Of a DNA stretch of 64,000 nt, positions 25,096 through 36,750 are shown one piece after another. Source of the DNA: Schizochytrium sp. TIO01 (Eukaryota; Protista; Bigyra: Labyrinthulomycetes); assembly GCA_004764695.1 (NCBI GenBank), contig SMSO01000032.1, positions 3,380,483-3,444,482 of the forward strand. Direction: 5' to 3'. Under the pieces are notes generated by a model. That model worked only from the letters and a program-made list of their open reading frames with translations, had not been told where the DNA came from and ran no database searches. Both the position numbers and the translations under genes were made by a program. How positions within the stretch are numbered: position 1 is the first letter of the stretch; every line of letters starts with the position of its first letter.

Positions 25096-25983
25096 GAATA
25101 TTGATGACCATTTCATGATACCCATAATTGTCACGGTGGTGATGAATATGACGGTTTTATCTGAAGGTGCAACTTGAAGAGATGGAAAACTCATCTCACA
25201 GCCCAACTTATTAAGTTCAAGTGGGTCCGCTAAAGGACGCGAAGATCAACATGCACAACTTGGGAGTGTAGCGCATTGAAGATGAGTTCACGTGTGGGAG
25301 AGAGCGATTACGAACTTTAAGAATGCCAGCATCAAACAGTAACTTGCACGCGACCGCATTGGATCGATCCGAGCCCGTTCCACCATCAATCTTGGGCTCA
25401 GACACGACAATTAATCACATTCAAGATGCTTCCAGCAAGACCTTGAGAGGAGCCTGACAGAAATCAACCTACGGTTGTAGGGACGCGAGATGTATTGCAT
25501 CAATCATTGATGCTCGCAAGCTTCACAAGCCGGTCTGTGCTGTGCTAACTGTTGCAGCTTTTCTCTGTACTGGGCTGGAGAGAGTGTGGAGCGCTGTTAA
25601 GTTTCTGCGATGGTGATGGTCTATATTGCTATTATTAATGGTTCGATTCTAGCACAACTTCAAATTGATCTCACGTTCCTGTATTCTTTATTTGTCATAC
25701 CTACACAATCTAGAACTTCACAAAGATCATATATGAATGCAACTGTATACCTACTTCTTGACAGGTGGTATTGCAGCGAAACTCCATCAAGTCCTACCTA
25801 GGTAGAGGTCTTTTGCAGGTTCCTGCTGTTCCCTTGGCAAGGATCACATGGTTCGTGTGCGGGGAATGAATTGTCTCGCTACCTCATCAAGAAAGTAATA
25901 ATAATATGAGTTTTAGGATATGCACTAGTACAAGGTTAAGCAGTAAATGCCTGAGGCAAAAGACCAACGCGAGCTCTTCGAAG

Positions 25984-28431
25984 ATGGCACCCATCTACTT
26001 GGACTACAACGCAACAACACCTCTGGCACCGGAGGTGTGTGCGAGCCTGGGGTCTCTCCTCCAGGTTGAAGGCAACCCCGCGGCAGTACTCGCGCCGGAG
26101 CTTGCTTGGGGGTAGGTTCACTCACTTCATGAGGTCAAGAATCTCTTGATGATCACAAAAGCTATAACAACAACAACTATAACAATTCCGAAAACAGCAA
26201 TACTGGAATTTGCGATCTACATAGAACTCGATGCTAGTCTGTACAAAATAACCTGAAACAGCAAAATGACTGACGCAAAGCAAAGGTGGATTTCCTTTTC
26301 CCATATTTAACAGCAACCCTTCTTCAGGGCATGTCTATGGCACTTCAGCTAAGACCAAGCTTGAGACTGCTCGAGCTAAGGTTGCAGAAGCTATTGGTGC
26401 TGCAGAGCCACAAGAGATCCTCTTTTTAAGCGGAGGTACAGAATCCATCAACCATGCGATTCAAGGTGCGCTTTGGTGTTCTCGCTTTGAGTTTCAGGAT
26501 CGTAAGAAGCAAGGTGAGGCCAAGCCTGATCCTGGTCAAGAAGCAAATCACGTAGTCACTAGCGCGGTAGAACACGTTGCAGTAAGCGACACTATCAAGT
26601 ATCTTGTAGATCGACATGGATTTTCGTCAACCACAGTTCCGGTAGACGAAAAGTGCCGTGTATCCACTCAGGATGTAGTTCAAGCTGTCACCGAAAAGAC
26701 TGTTCTGGTGACGATTATGTTGGCCAATAATGAGGTTGGCTCTATACAGCCTATTAAGGAGATTGTCCAGGCAATTCGCCAAAGCCCTCACGGCCAGCGT
26801 GTGCTTATTCACACTGACGCGAGTCAGGCAATTGGAAAAATACCTGTCGACGTTCAAGACCTTGGAGTTGACATGATGGTAAGTATCAGACATAATCTTC
26901 GGTTTATCCACTTTGCTCAACTTTCATGCTATGAACAGTCTTTATTTGGGATATTTATGTCACGCATCGGAGGATCTAGACTAACATTGCTATAACGAAA
27001 CTCGCACAAAATCTGTTTTACTTTTGAGTGAAAAATCATAATGACGTGCATTTACAACAGACGTTGGCAGGGCATAAAATATACGGCCCAAAAGGCATTG
27101 GTGCTCTATACATTCGCAGAGGTGTGGAAACTCGACTTTGCAAGTTCATGCACGGCGCTGGCCATGAGCGCGGACTCCGAGCTGGTACTGAAAATGTTCT
27201 TCTTGCCACGGGACTAGGTCGGGCCTGCGAGCTCGTTCAGAACAACATTAGCGAAGAGGTCGAGTTTTATTCAAGTCTCCGTGACAGTTTGCAGCAAGCA
27301 ATTTTATCCAAGTGCCAAGATCTCGGGATAGAAACGTGTGTCAATGGGCACCCGCAAGAGCGCCTGCCGAATACGTTGTCCATATCGTTTCGTGGAATCC
27401 AATCTCCAGATATTCTCGCTCGCCTCGCAGGTCAGGTGTCCTGTAGTGCCGGCGCTGCTTGTCACACTGGCGGTGTGTCTACATCTCATGTTCTTCGAGC
27501 AATGAAGCTAGACGCTGAGTTTGCTGTCGGTACTCTACGCCTCTCGGTAGGTCGGTACACGAAGCCAGAGGACGTGGCGCAAGCTGCAGTTGCCATTACA
27601 GACGCCGTGCAAGCGCTTGCAAACGTTAAAGTAGATTCAGAGAGCCCTTCCACAGGCTGCATACCAACCAAGCTAAAGTATATGGAAGACACTCATTGCT
27701 TTGAAGCAGTCGCTCACGTGATTGATGTTGTTGAAAAGCTTCAGGACGCCAAGGACCCAGACACTGCTGTTATTGTACTTGATGAGACGATCTTTCACCC
27801 CCAAGGTGGTGGCCAGCCTGCGGATGTGGGTGAGATTATAGATGCAGCCACAGGTGCCCGCTTCATCGTTATGCATGTTGAGAAAGAAGCTGGTGTTGTC
27901 AAACACCTGGGCAAATTTGCGGACTCAACTCAAGTTATCCAGGCTGGTTGCAAAGTACACCTTCGCATAGATGAACAAAAGCGAAGGTTTCACGCTCGCA
28001 TCCACAGTGCTGGCCATCTGATTGACCAAGCCATGCGTCTTGCAGGTTGTTCATTACGTCCAACAAAGGGCTTTCACTTCCCATCTGGCCCTTCAGTCGA
28101 CTACGAGGGTGCTCTGTCAGCCGAAGAACGTGCTACATTGCAAAGCTCTCTTCAAGAGTACGTGAATGGCCTCGTGCAGCAGTCCATTCCTACCCGTGTT
28201 TTTGAAACAACTAACGCTGAAGCGGCTGCACATTGTCTTGAAGGACTCGCGCCTCCGGCTGATGAAAATCCTAACGCTGAAATTCGTATGGTCATTGTAG
28301 GCGGAGCTCTTGGATGCCCTTGTGGAGGTACACATGTGAAAAACTCGAGTGAAATCGGACCTATTCACATCCGCAAGCTGCAGAATAAAAAGGGCAACCT
28401 TCGTATTTCCTACGTTGTTGAGGAACAGTAG
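25984..28431 (+). CDS. Selenocysteine lyase/cysteine desulfurase (class V PLP enzyme) fused to a C-terminal AlaX tRNA-editing domain; 3 exons, 687 aa
   Basis: Exons 25984-26111, 26314-26878, 27061-28431 (GT-AG introns, frame preserved). Lyase motifs IYLDYNATTP, AWGNPSS, SGGTES, EH, ANNEVG, HTDASQ, GHK (PLP Lys, 27076), RAGTEN, SAGAACH (catalytic Cys, 27460). AlaX motifs TIFHPQGGGQPAD, HSAGH (28003), CGGTH (28321). Confidence 0.93.
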
Positions 28432-30131
28432 ATTGTTGCTAGTCCGTTGCGGCGACAGCAAGTAAAACAAGGAAAAAGTAAGCATTTATAAAAGAAGTAA
28501 ACATGATTACATTGTCACCAACCGCGACATCTACCATGCGAGTGTTATTAAGTTTACAATGAAAATAATACAGAGTACTCTTGTTTCGTTTTATGGACAA
28601 AAGCCATACAACTGTATTGGCAGCTTTCTATACATGCAAACACAAGACACATGTCGAGGATCGTGAAGAGATGCAGCCATCAAGTCATTAATATAGAAAA
28701 CCAAAACTTGAGAAGCTACATCAGATCAATCTCAAACGAATCATTTTCGATCAAGTTGATATTTAATGGTGGACCATGACTGGCAGAATCTAATCTGCGA
28801 AAGAAAAATTAATGAGTGCAAAAGAACGCCCTAAGAGTTAGTCAAAGATATGTTACGTCATAGAAACGAAGAAGTCGAAACGCGCAATCCATTGATTAAT
28901 TGAAGTAGAGATGACTCGCTACGGTTATTAGTCCGAAAGCATTGGCGGTTCAAGAAAATCTTCTTCAGATCCATTGAGCTAGTCTCGAAAAACAAAGCAA
29001 GCTCAATAAGAAGCTGAATAGAGATTAACATCAGCAAGTAGATCCTCATTTACCTGCCATCTCTATACAATTGTGTCCAGGATAAGAATGGTATCTCGAG
29101 GACCTTCAGAGACTTGCCCGGCAAGTTGGCTTGCTGAGTTTTCAGAACCCCTCCGTATATTAATCTCCAATGCGCGCCCACGGGAACACCTTATCATCGG
29201 CGTCGCGCAGCATGTTGCATAGTATCGTCATCGGGGTGCCATTATCCATCTCCATTGCTCGTTTCCTCGTCTTGGTCGCACTTACCTCGCCATTCATGGT
29301 CTGCTTGATATAGGCATGGGCCTGCTCATGCAAGGCCATTCATTTGCTGCCCTTTAGTTTCATGAAACAGAACAATGATGGAGAAATGAAGGTATGCCCA
29401 CCTAATAGGCTACTATACTAACCTAGGCTTGTAAAAGGTATATCGATCTAACCTTTCCATTTTTACTCAACGTTTCATCTATGTCACATGAATCACCACT
29501 ACTACGATCATTAATAATTCATCGATTTTTATTTTATTTTATTTTTAAACTCTGATTCCGCATTCCAGGACCACACGTTCTCATCCTCTCTGTAGTAATT
29601 GGATTCAGAGTTTGGCCTGGAAACCACTGCAACTAACTACCTTCCTGCCAACCAACTGCCAAACTTCAGGAGTTCTTCTATCGACCCTCATGGGTGACAT
29701 GTAGGGATTTCTCATTTCAAGATGTATGATTGATTTGATTCTATTTGATTTTTGATATTAATGGTTGATCGAACTACTTCGGGCTCTCGATTGTTCTCAA
29801 CGATACTCGACTTTAGATTCCTATAACTCACTTGCGAATTCTATACTCCTAATATAGCAAAGTATAATCTACTTGCATAAGTAGGTTATAGCGAGACCTG
29901 TCCACTGAGGTCTATAGCGACTCTATACGTAGGTAGCGACTGGTCGAGAGAAGGCTTGCAGAAGAACCATTTTCAAGAGTGGTGGAATTCGTCAAGTGAA
30001 TTTCGCTGCTAGACAGCGGTCGCTTTTGAGAAGATCAATAAACCGTGGCATTGCGTAGCGTGGCGTGATTGCTACGTCACGTTACACTCTCTCCAGCCTC
30101 CTTCCTTTGTTTCTCATCGCGTGCGGTCGCC

Positions 30132-32309
30132 ATGAGTGATTCTGAGGATGATGCTGTCCAGGACCGCCTCGTGGTGAACAAGGCTTTCGCTCGCAAGTTC
30201 AACGAGCAGAACCGCCAGGCTGAGCTGCGCCGTGCCGAGCAGACAGGACTTCTTCGCGGTGACGCAGACTCCGACTCCGATGACTCCGAAGACGAAGACG
30301 ACCACGGCGAAGCCCTGACTGCCAAGCTCGACTTCGACATTATGAAAACCATCTCAATGATTCACAACAAAGACAAGCGCATCTACGATGAGAACTTCAA
30401 GCCCTTTGACGGTGCCGATAAATCCGAGCAAAACGATAGCGATAGCAGCGACGAGGAAGACGGCGCAAGCAAGGCCAAGAAGAACAAACCAATGCGTTAC
30501 AAAGATCTCGTGCGAGCACAGGTCTTGAAGCAGGCCGAGGAAGGTGGAGATGCAGCACAAGTGTTTGAGGATTCTGACGACGAGGACGGTGGAAAGAATA
30601 GGAGAAAGGGAAAGTTTGCTGAGGAAAGCGGCGAAAGCGTGCCGGTTTACGATGAGCAGCAGAGACGTCTGAAGGAGGCTTTCAAGGCACAGGCGGACGA
30701 CGAAGATGAGAGCGAAGAAGAGGACGATGAAGACGATGAGGATAAAGATGTTCTTCGAAAAAAAGTGAAGTCCAAGGAGGAGCTAGAGGCTGAGGAGAAC
30801 AACTTCAACAAGTATATGTCCAGCTTGGCGAAGCAAGACCCTAGAATGCGCAAGGCGCGTAAGGAGGATGTGGAAATGTTGGAAACTTTCTTCAAGGAGC
30901 CTGCGAAAGATAAGGATGAGGCGTTCCTGCGAAAGTTCTTCTTGAACCAGGCATGGACGGACCAGGAGGGTCTCGAAGCGTCGCGACAGAATGCATTGGA
31001 TGACGAAGATGAAGACGAGGAGGCCCTTGACGAAGCGGACCGCTTTGAGGCCAAGTACAACTTTCGCCATGAAGAGCCTGGCGCAGGCGAATTGGGATCT
31101 ACACAGGTGGACCCGAACTCCACGATTCGACGCAAGGAAAGCTCTCGACGCCGTCAGCGAGAGGCAAAGCGTCAACGCAAACAAGAGGAGAAGGAGAAGC
31201 GCAAGGAAGAGCTGCGCAGACTGAAGAACCTTAAACGCAAGGAGCTCGAGAAGCGTCTTGAGAAGTCTATTCGTATGGCCGGTCTCAATGAGGATGCCGA
31301 AATTGGCCTCAAACCCGAGGATCTCGAAGGCGACTTTGACCCTGAAGAGTTCGACCGTCGTATGGCACAGATCTTCAACGACGACTATTACGATCAGGAC
31401 GACGATGGCTTCGAGGCTACTGGCGACGTCGCTGCCGAAGAAGAAATGTTTGGCAAGGGTGACGACGAGGAGGATGAAGACGAGGAGCAGAAGAAGGACA
31501 GCGATAGCGATAGTGACAGTGATAGCGACGATGAGGACGAAGGTGTGAAGATTGTTGACCGAGCTGAAGACGATCCCTCTACCCAAGCAGCCGCAGAAGA
31601 CGAGAAGCAGAAGAGAAGAAAGAAGAAGGGCAAGGAAGAAGAACTCAAGTCAATATCGGTGAAGGACTTGAAGGACAAGGTTATCAACGAACAGCTGTAC
31701 AAGATGGACTACGACGATGTCATTGGTGGAGACATCAAGACCCGCTTCAAGTACCGCAAGGTTACTCCGAACTCATATGGTCTGAGTACAGAGGAAATCC
31801 TCTTCGCCGACGAGGATTTGCTTAACAGCTTCGTCTCTATCAAGAAACTCGCTCCTTACGAGGAGAACGAGTGGCATGCATCTACAAAGCACCGTAAGCG
31901 CTTCCGTAAGGCACTTAAGGACCGTATTGAAGGTGTTACTGAGATGAAGGAGAAGAAGACCAAACGCGACCGCAAGCGGGCCAAGCTTGAGAAGCTCAAA
32001 GCTAAGCAGGAGGCCCTCGAAGAGTCCCAGGAAGAGGAGGATGACAACGAAGAGACTGAGTCCGCACAGAAGGGAGACAAGAAGAAGAAGGACAAAAAGG
32101 AAAAGAAGGAAGATAACGAAGACGGATCAAAGAAGAAACGCAAACGTAAGCGGAAGAACAAGAACGGAGACGCCGGCGAAGGCGAGAACGAAGAAGAAAA
32201 CAAGCAAATTGAGGAAAAGCCTGAGGACAATGCTGAAGGTGAGGATGGCCAAAAGAAAAAGCGGAAGCGGAAGCGGAAGAACAAGACTGCTGAGAATGAT
32301 GACGAATAA
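30132..32309 (+). CDS. KRI1: KRI1 40S ribosome biogenesis factor
   Basis: DEAFLRKFFLNQAW, DRFEAKYNFRHEEPG, DLEGDFDPEEFDRRM, TRFKYRKV..NSYGLSTEEILFAD, LNSFVSIKKLAPY; acidic and basic tracts; ATG at 30132. Confidence 0.93.
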   Translation: MSDSEDDAVQDRLVVNKAFARKFNEQNRQAELRRAEQTGLLRGDADSDSDDSEDEDDHGEALTAKLDFDIMKTISMIHNKDKRIYDENFKPFDGADKSEQNDSDSSDEEDGASKAKKNKPMRYKDLVRAQVLKQAEEGGDAAQVFEDSDDEDGGKNRRKGKFAEESGESVPVYDEQQRRLKEAFKAQADDEDESEEEDDEDDEDKDVLRKKVKSKEELEAEENNFNKYMSSLAKQDPRMRKARKEDVEMLETFFKEPAKDKDEAFLRKFFLNQAWTDQEGLEASRQNALDDEDEDEEALDEADRFEAKYNFRHEEPGAGELGSTQVDPNSTIRRKESSRRRQREAKRQRKQEEKEKRKEELRRLKNLKRKELEKRLEKSIRMAGLNEDAEIGLKPEDLEGDFDPEEFDRRMAQIFNDDYYDQDDDGFEATGDVAAEEEMFGKGDDEEDEDEEQKKDSDSDSDSDSDDEDEGVKIVDRAEDDPSTQAAAEDEKQKRRKKKGKEEELKSISVKDLKDKVINEQLYKMDYDDVIGGDIKTRFKYRKVTPNSYGLSTEEILFADEDLLNSFVSIKKLAPYEENEWHASTKHRKRFRKALKDRIEGVTEMKEKKTKRDRKRAKLEKLKAKQEALEESQEEEDDNEETESAQKGDKKKKDKKEKKEDNEDGSKKKRKRKRKNKNGDAGEGENEEENKQIEEKPEDNAEGEDGQKKKRKRKRKNKTAENDDE

Positions 32310-33073
32310 ACTTTCACACACAAGACTACTCCTCCCCAATTACACAAAACACATACCTTTGTCTCGGTCCTGGTTGCCTCGAGCAATTAGTGTCAAGGCG
32401 ATAAACCCTTCGCTAGCTATACCTACCAAGGCTTACATGGCCTTGTCCGTGATGGATTGATTGTAACCATGTTTATGCAATTTACTCGTTTCCTATACTT
32501 GTTGTCTCACTCTTGCTATGCTCCTTGCATTTGATGAAATTGGCACTCTGACATTCAGCGTCTCCTTTCATCTTGCATTTTAATCACGTTTGAGGCATTA
32601 GAAAGGTACTTCTGTTTACAAAATTTGACGGAATTAGTGGCTTTGCCTACCCCAGTATTGCAGCGTCTGGAATCAGTATAAATGATGTTTTACGATCGAC
32701 GCAATCTTTTACAGGTTGTATGATACACACGAGAAATAAATGTTTATTGTTTAGAGTTGCATAGTAAGACTATAAGTCACCAGAGGCGGGGTTTAGAAAG
32801 GTGAACGATGAATACAGGTGGGCGAGGAAAAGGATACTCATACGACGCGCCTGTACGAACTCAGTCAAGTTACGGGCAAACTAGCATAAGCTAAGGAGAG
32901 CATCTGCCGTTAGGACTAAAAAGAAAACTTGCAAAGGAAGAGGGGAAGAAGCAGAGTAGAGCTTGCAAAAATGAAACGTTTGCATAGGTTTCTTCAAACA
33001 AACAAGTACTCCACGACATGCTAGATTCCCATTCCTTGTATAGGGTCTATGTCGTTCGCTAGCTAAGAGATAG

Positions 33074-34531
33074 TCAATGCGAGGGCGGCTCGTGGTCCCC
33101 ATTGGCAAAGGATTTGTTCAGCGGAATGCGCTCAACATCGCAGTCATAGGTTTTCGGGTTGAGCTTGATAACAGTGTTGAGAGGGATCGACACAAAGGGT
33201 GCATCCTCGCGAGTACCGCCCACAAAGTAAGCATAGATTATCCGGAGAATTCCCTGGTGTCCAACAATGAGGACGGGGTCGCGCTGCTTCTCTACTTCAT
33301 GGATAATGGGATCAAGACGGGCAATAACATCAAGGTAGGACTCGCCACGAGGGTAGCGGTAGCCGAGCTTATCATCCGCACGGCGTTTGAACTCCTCAGG
33401 TGCCTTCTCTTCAATCTCTTTATAGGTGAAGCCGTCAAAAGCACCAGCATGAATCTCTGACAGGCTCGAGCAGATGCGCGGGCGCATGATAATCCAGCCA
33501 TCGTCGCATTTGTGGTGCACAATGTGACGAGCCGTGAGCTGCGTGCGCTGCAGTGAACTTGTGTAAAGGCGTGCGTGCGGAACAACACGGTTTTCCTCAT
33601 CTTTGAAGGTACCGTCCTCGTTGAGTCCAAGAATCTCAGTGTGCACGAACCTGGCTAACTCCTTTGCGTATTGTTCGCCGCTCTCGCTCAATTTTGAGTC
33701 ACCTCCAATTTTGTTAAGCACATTATACTGGGATTGGCCATGTCGAGATAGGAAGATCTGACGAGGTGTAGTGTGAAGATTCATGAGAAACTGGACCATT
33801 TTGCCGGGCAAGAAGCCAGAGATGTGGTTCATAGAAATATTACGGCCTCCATCGATGAGCTTAATCCAAGAGAGTTCGCGATCAACCTTGGACTGTTCGT
33901 CGAGGGGCTCATACACTGACCTGTAGTGCTCAATACGCTGCATAAAGTCTTCCACGGCGCTCTGCTCGTCCATGTCCTGGTAATCTGGCATGCTCAATTT
34001 GGTTTCGCGCACATTAGACTCAATCATCTCGCCGCTTCGCACAACACTCTCAACAAAGATAAGTTTGTTTGTAGTTTCCAGGTGAGGAAGGAGCTGTTCG
34101 CAGATCCATGTGCGGCGCTCACGGCTCGTGTTCGTGGCGTCGTAGATGGCAACTCGGGAGCGGTGGTCCGAGGTCTGAATCCACTGGATTAGGTCATCCA
34201 TGGCTTCCTGAGCGCATTGGTTGCGAAGCTTGCAGTTTTCCTCGTTGGACGGGTCGAAGAAGGTGTGAGGTGACTTGGCACCGACCAACTTGCGGCGGTA
34301 GTTACCCACGTTGAACACCTTGGTCTCGGCTCCATGAAAGAACTGCAAGTACTGGTTAAGCCTCCGAGCAATGTAGGTCTTGCCAGTGGCGGGAAGTCCA
34401 ACCAAGGCAATGACGTACTTGTCTCCATTGTTGTACACCGTGGGCATCTCTGCTTGAGGTTCAGGGTTATCAACATCAGCGAGGAGGTGGTCGTAGCCCA
34501 CCAGGCTCGTGCTGCTCGTGGATTCCTGCAT
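33074..34531 (-). CDS. PFKFB: Bifunctional 6-phosphofructo-2-kinase/fructose-2,6-bisphosphatase, 485 aa
   Basis: Kinase motifs GLPATGKT, FNVGNYRR, DATN; His-phosphatase motifs RHGQS, YRYPRGESY, HQG. Confidence 0.95.
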   Translation of the reverse strand: MQESTSSTSLVGYDHLLADVDNPEPQAEMPTVYNNGDKYVIALVGLPATGKTYIARRLNQYLQFFHGAETKVFNVGNYRRKLVGAKSPHTFFDPSNEENCKLRNQCAQEAMDDLIQWIQTSDHRSRVAIYDATNTSRERRTWICEQLLPHLETTNKLIFVESVVRSGEMIESNVRETKLSMPDYQDMDEQSAVEDFMQRIEHYRSVYEPLDEQSKVDRELSWIKLIDGGRNISMNHISGFLPGKMVQFLMNLHTTPRQIFLSRHGQSQYNVLNKIGGDSKLSESGEQYAKELARFVHTEILGLNEDGTFKDEENRVVPHARLYTSSLQRTQLTARHIVHHKCDDGWIIMRPRICSSLSEIHAGAFDGFTYKEIEEKAPEEFKRRADDKLGYRYPRGESYLDVIARLDPIIHEVEKQRDPVLIVGHQGILRIIYAYFVGGTREDAPFVSIPLNTVIKLNPKTYDCDVERIPLNKSFANGDHEPPSH

Positions 34532-35166
34532 CTTATATAGTGCGATTGCAAGTAAAATTAATACTGTTTGGCTGGCAAGAACGAAGCTGGGAAGAGATGG
34601 ACCTACTTCACTAGAGACAGAAAAGCTTGCCCCTAGAATGAATGCAAACGCTGGAATCTAACTCGGCGAATTCTGTCAACTTCACGCTCTCTATAGCGAA
34701 AAGATCCCGCCCGAATATTCTAAAGTCAAGCACTTTGGCAAACAAGCAATCAACAAAGCAAGTAGGCAACTAAGTTAGCACCTAGCTCTTCAGTACGCCG
34801 CCACAAGCCTTCGTCTTTCGAGTTCCCTCGCAAGTTTTGGACACGTGGTATTCGTGAACGAGACAGACTGCTGCTATTACCAAGACAGCACTGAGTGAAC
34901 AAGTCCCGTCAGCGTCGGCTCCAGCCTGAGTCTCAGTGCACGCGAAAACTGCTTCGGGTTGCGAATTCAATCGTGAAGCCTCGATGCACGCTTCCACAGC
35001 GCTCTCGCGATCGTCGGAGGTCTTCGCGGCAGGCGTCGCGGAGAGGATCTGGATGCTTTCCCGCGGCCGCAGTCAAAGTGAATCACACAAAAGATGACAA
35101 ATTTAGTAAAAGAAAGAATGTTCAATTTCATGTTTCAATTACCTACTACCTACTTGACCTATCCTA

Positions 35167-35265
35167 TACACATACATACATACATACATACATACATACA
35201 TACATACATACATACATACATACATACATACTCACACATACATACTAATACATACTAATACATAT
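35167..35265. repeat. (CATA)~15 microsatellite with degenerate tail
   Basis: Read directly; lies upstream of the PFK-2 gene. Confidence 0.95.
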
Positions 35266-36750
35266 ATTATAGCCATTTCATTTCATATGTAAGCATTCAT
35301 GTTTTCTTTGTTGCAAAAGAAAAATAACAACTTCGAAAGAGAAAGAAAAAGCCCTCAAAAATCCCACTCGAGCTAGGACTGCTACCTTATCTGCTAAGCA
35401 CAGGCTAGAGGCAGAAAGGCTTTTTCGTGCCTCCGCAAAGCCACAATCATTGATACCACTTTCGGCTGAAAAGCACTCCATTGCACGTCTCGTTGTATCC
35501 ACCCTACAAATGCATGAAGGCGCGTTAGTAGTTGGCTAAAGATCACTAGTAGCGGCACTGTCGGTCTATGGCCTTGAAAAAGGGAGAATGCAATGCGATT
35601 TCAAAGGAATGGAACTCACGATTGGCTGAAGAAAAGGTGGACTTCAGGCTCGAGCACATCGCTGGGAATAGGAGCTGGGGTGATAAACAAGATCAGGAGG
35701 GGCTACGAGACTGCCCTGAGCAATGTGGAGGTGTTTCTCCAAGTTTGCCACAAACATCTTGAAGTAAAGTTGTGGAAAAGGAGAAGAAACAGCAGCAGAA
35801 GAAGAAAAGAAGAATAACTCACAAATCAACGAGCTGGCAGGGGACTAAGCCTAGCTATGCAACCACTAGCTATAGGCGAAATTGCGATGGATGATTTATT
35901 TGTTGTAAAAACTTTTCTTTCTTTCACTCTTTTACATGTAACATAAGATGGAAGAATAGTAAAAGTCTTCTTCTTTATGATAAAATTGAAAAGAGCGAGA
36001 TTGTTTCAGAGGAGCGATTATGTAGGTGGGGATACTTAAGTTCTCAGAGACTTACTTACTGACAGGTAGCGTTGGTCTTTGATCATTGATTGTGCTTAAT
36101 CTTTAAAGCCACTCCTCCTTGTCCACTCTTCGTAAGGATCCCATGGACGCTTCGCATTCGAGGTCTCTTGAACAACTTGAAGCAAAGTCTCGAACCTGTA
36201 TCTGTATGGAGTCAGCAGCCACGTATTACACTACGTTATGGGAAAATATGAGGATTCATTTGCACTATGATAACCTCAGTAAAAGCACAGCGCTTTCATG
36301 TTGGTTTTAGTAAAAAGAGTAACAGTCCCCACCAATAATATGGGTTCGTTAGTCCTGAGGAGGTTTGAAAGAGAGGGGGGATGAGCGAGAATCGATGGGT
36401 CAAAAACGAGAGACGAAATGAAAATGAAGAAGGGAGAAATCTGAGACCCTTCCAATTCCTTTTATTCTTTTGTTCTTGCGTCCCTAATTTTCGTTTCTTT
36501 TTTTCTGCTTATTTGACCCCATGTATTTAGGTTTCCAGGGACGAATTTTCTTCATATTTCTAAACTTTAAAATGTTTTAGAAAATAAATTAAAGAACACT
36601 GGGTTTTGTTTGTTACACGAAGAGCTAAAGGTCAAGGCAAAACAAAGTTTGAAGAACCATTATTCTATTTTCATTGTTCATGGAGCAAGTATTAGGTGTG
36701 TAGAACTCGAGCAAACAGCTCAAATGAGGGTAAGAAAAGTAAATTAAAGC

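Noticed and set aside
28850-29340. Short coding-like minus-strand fragments; similar fragment at 55180-55497
   Set aside because: No recognisable motif; cannot be distinguished from noise without a search
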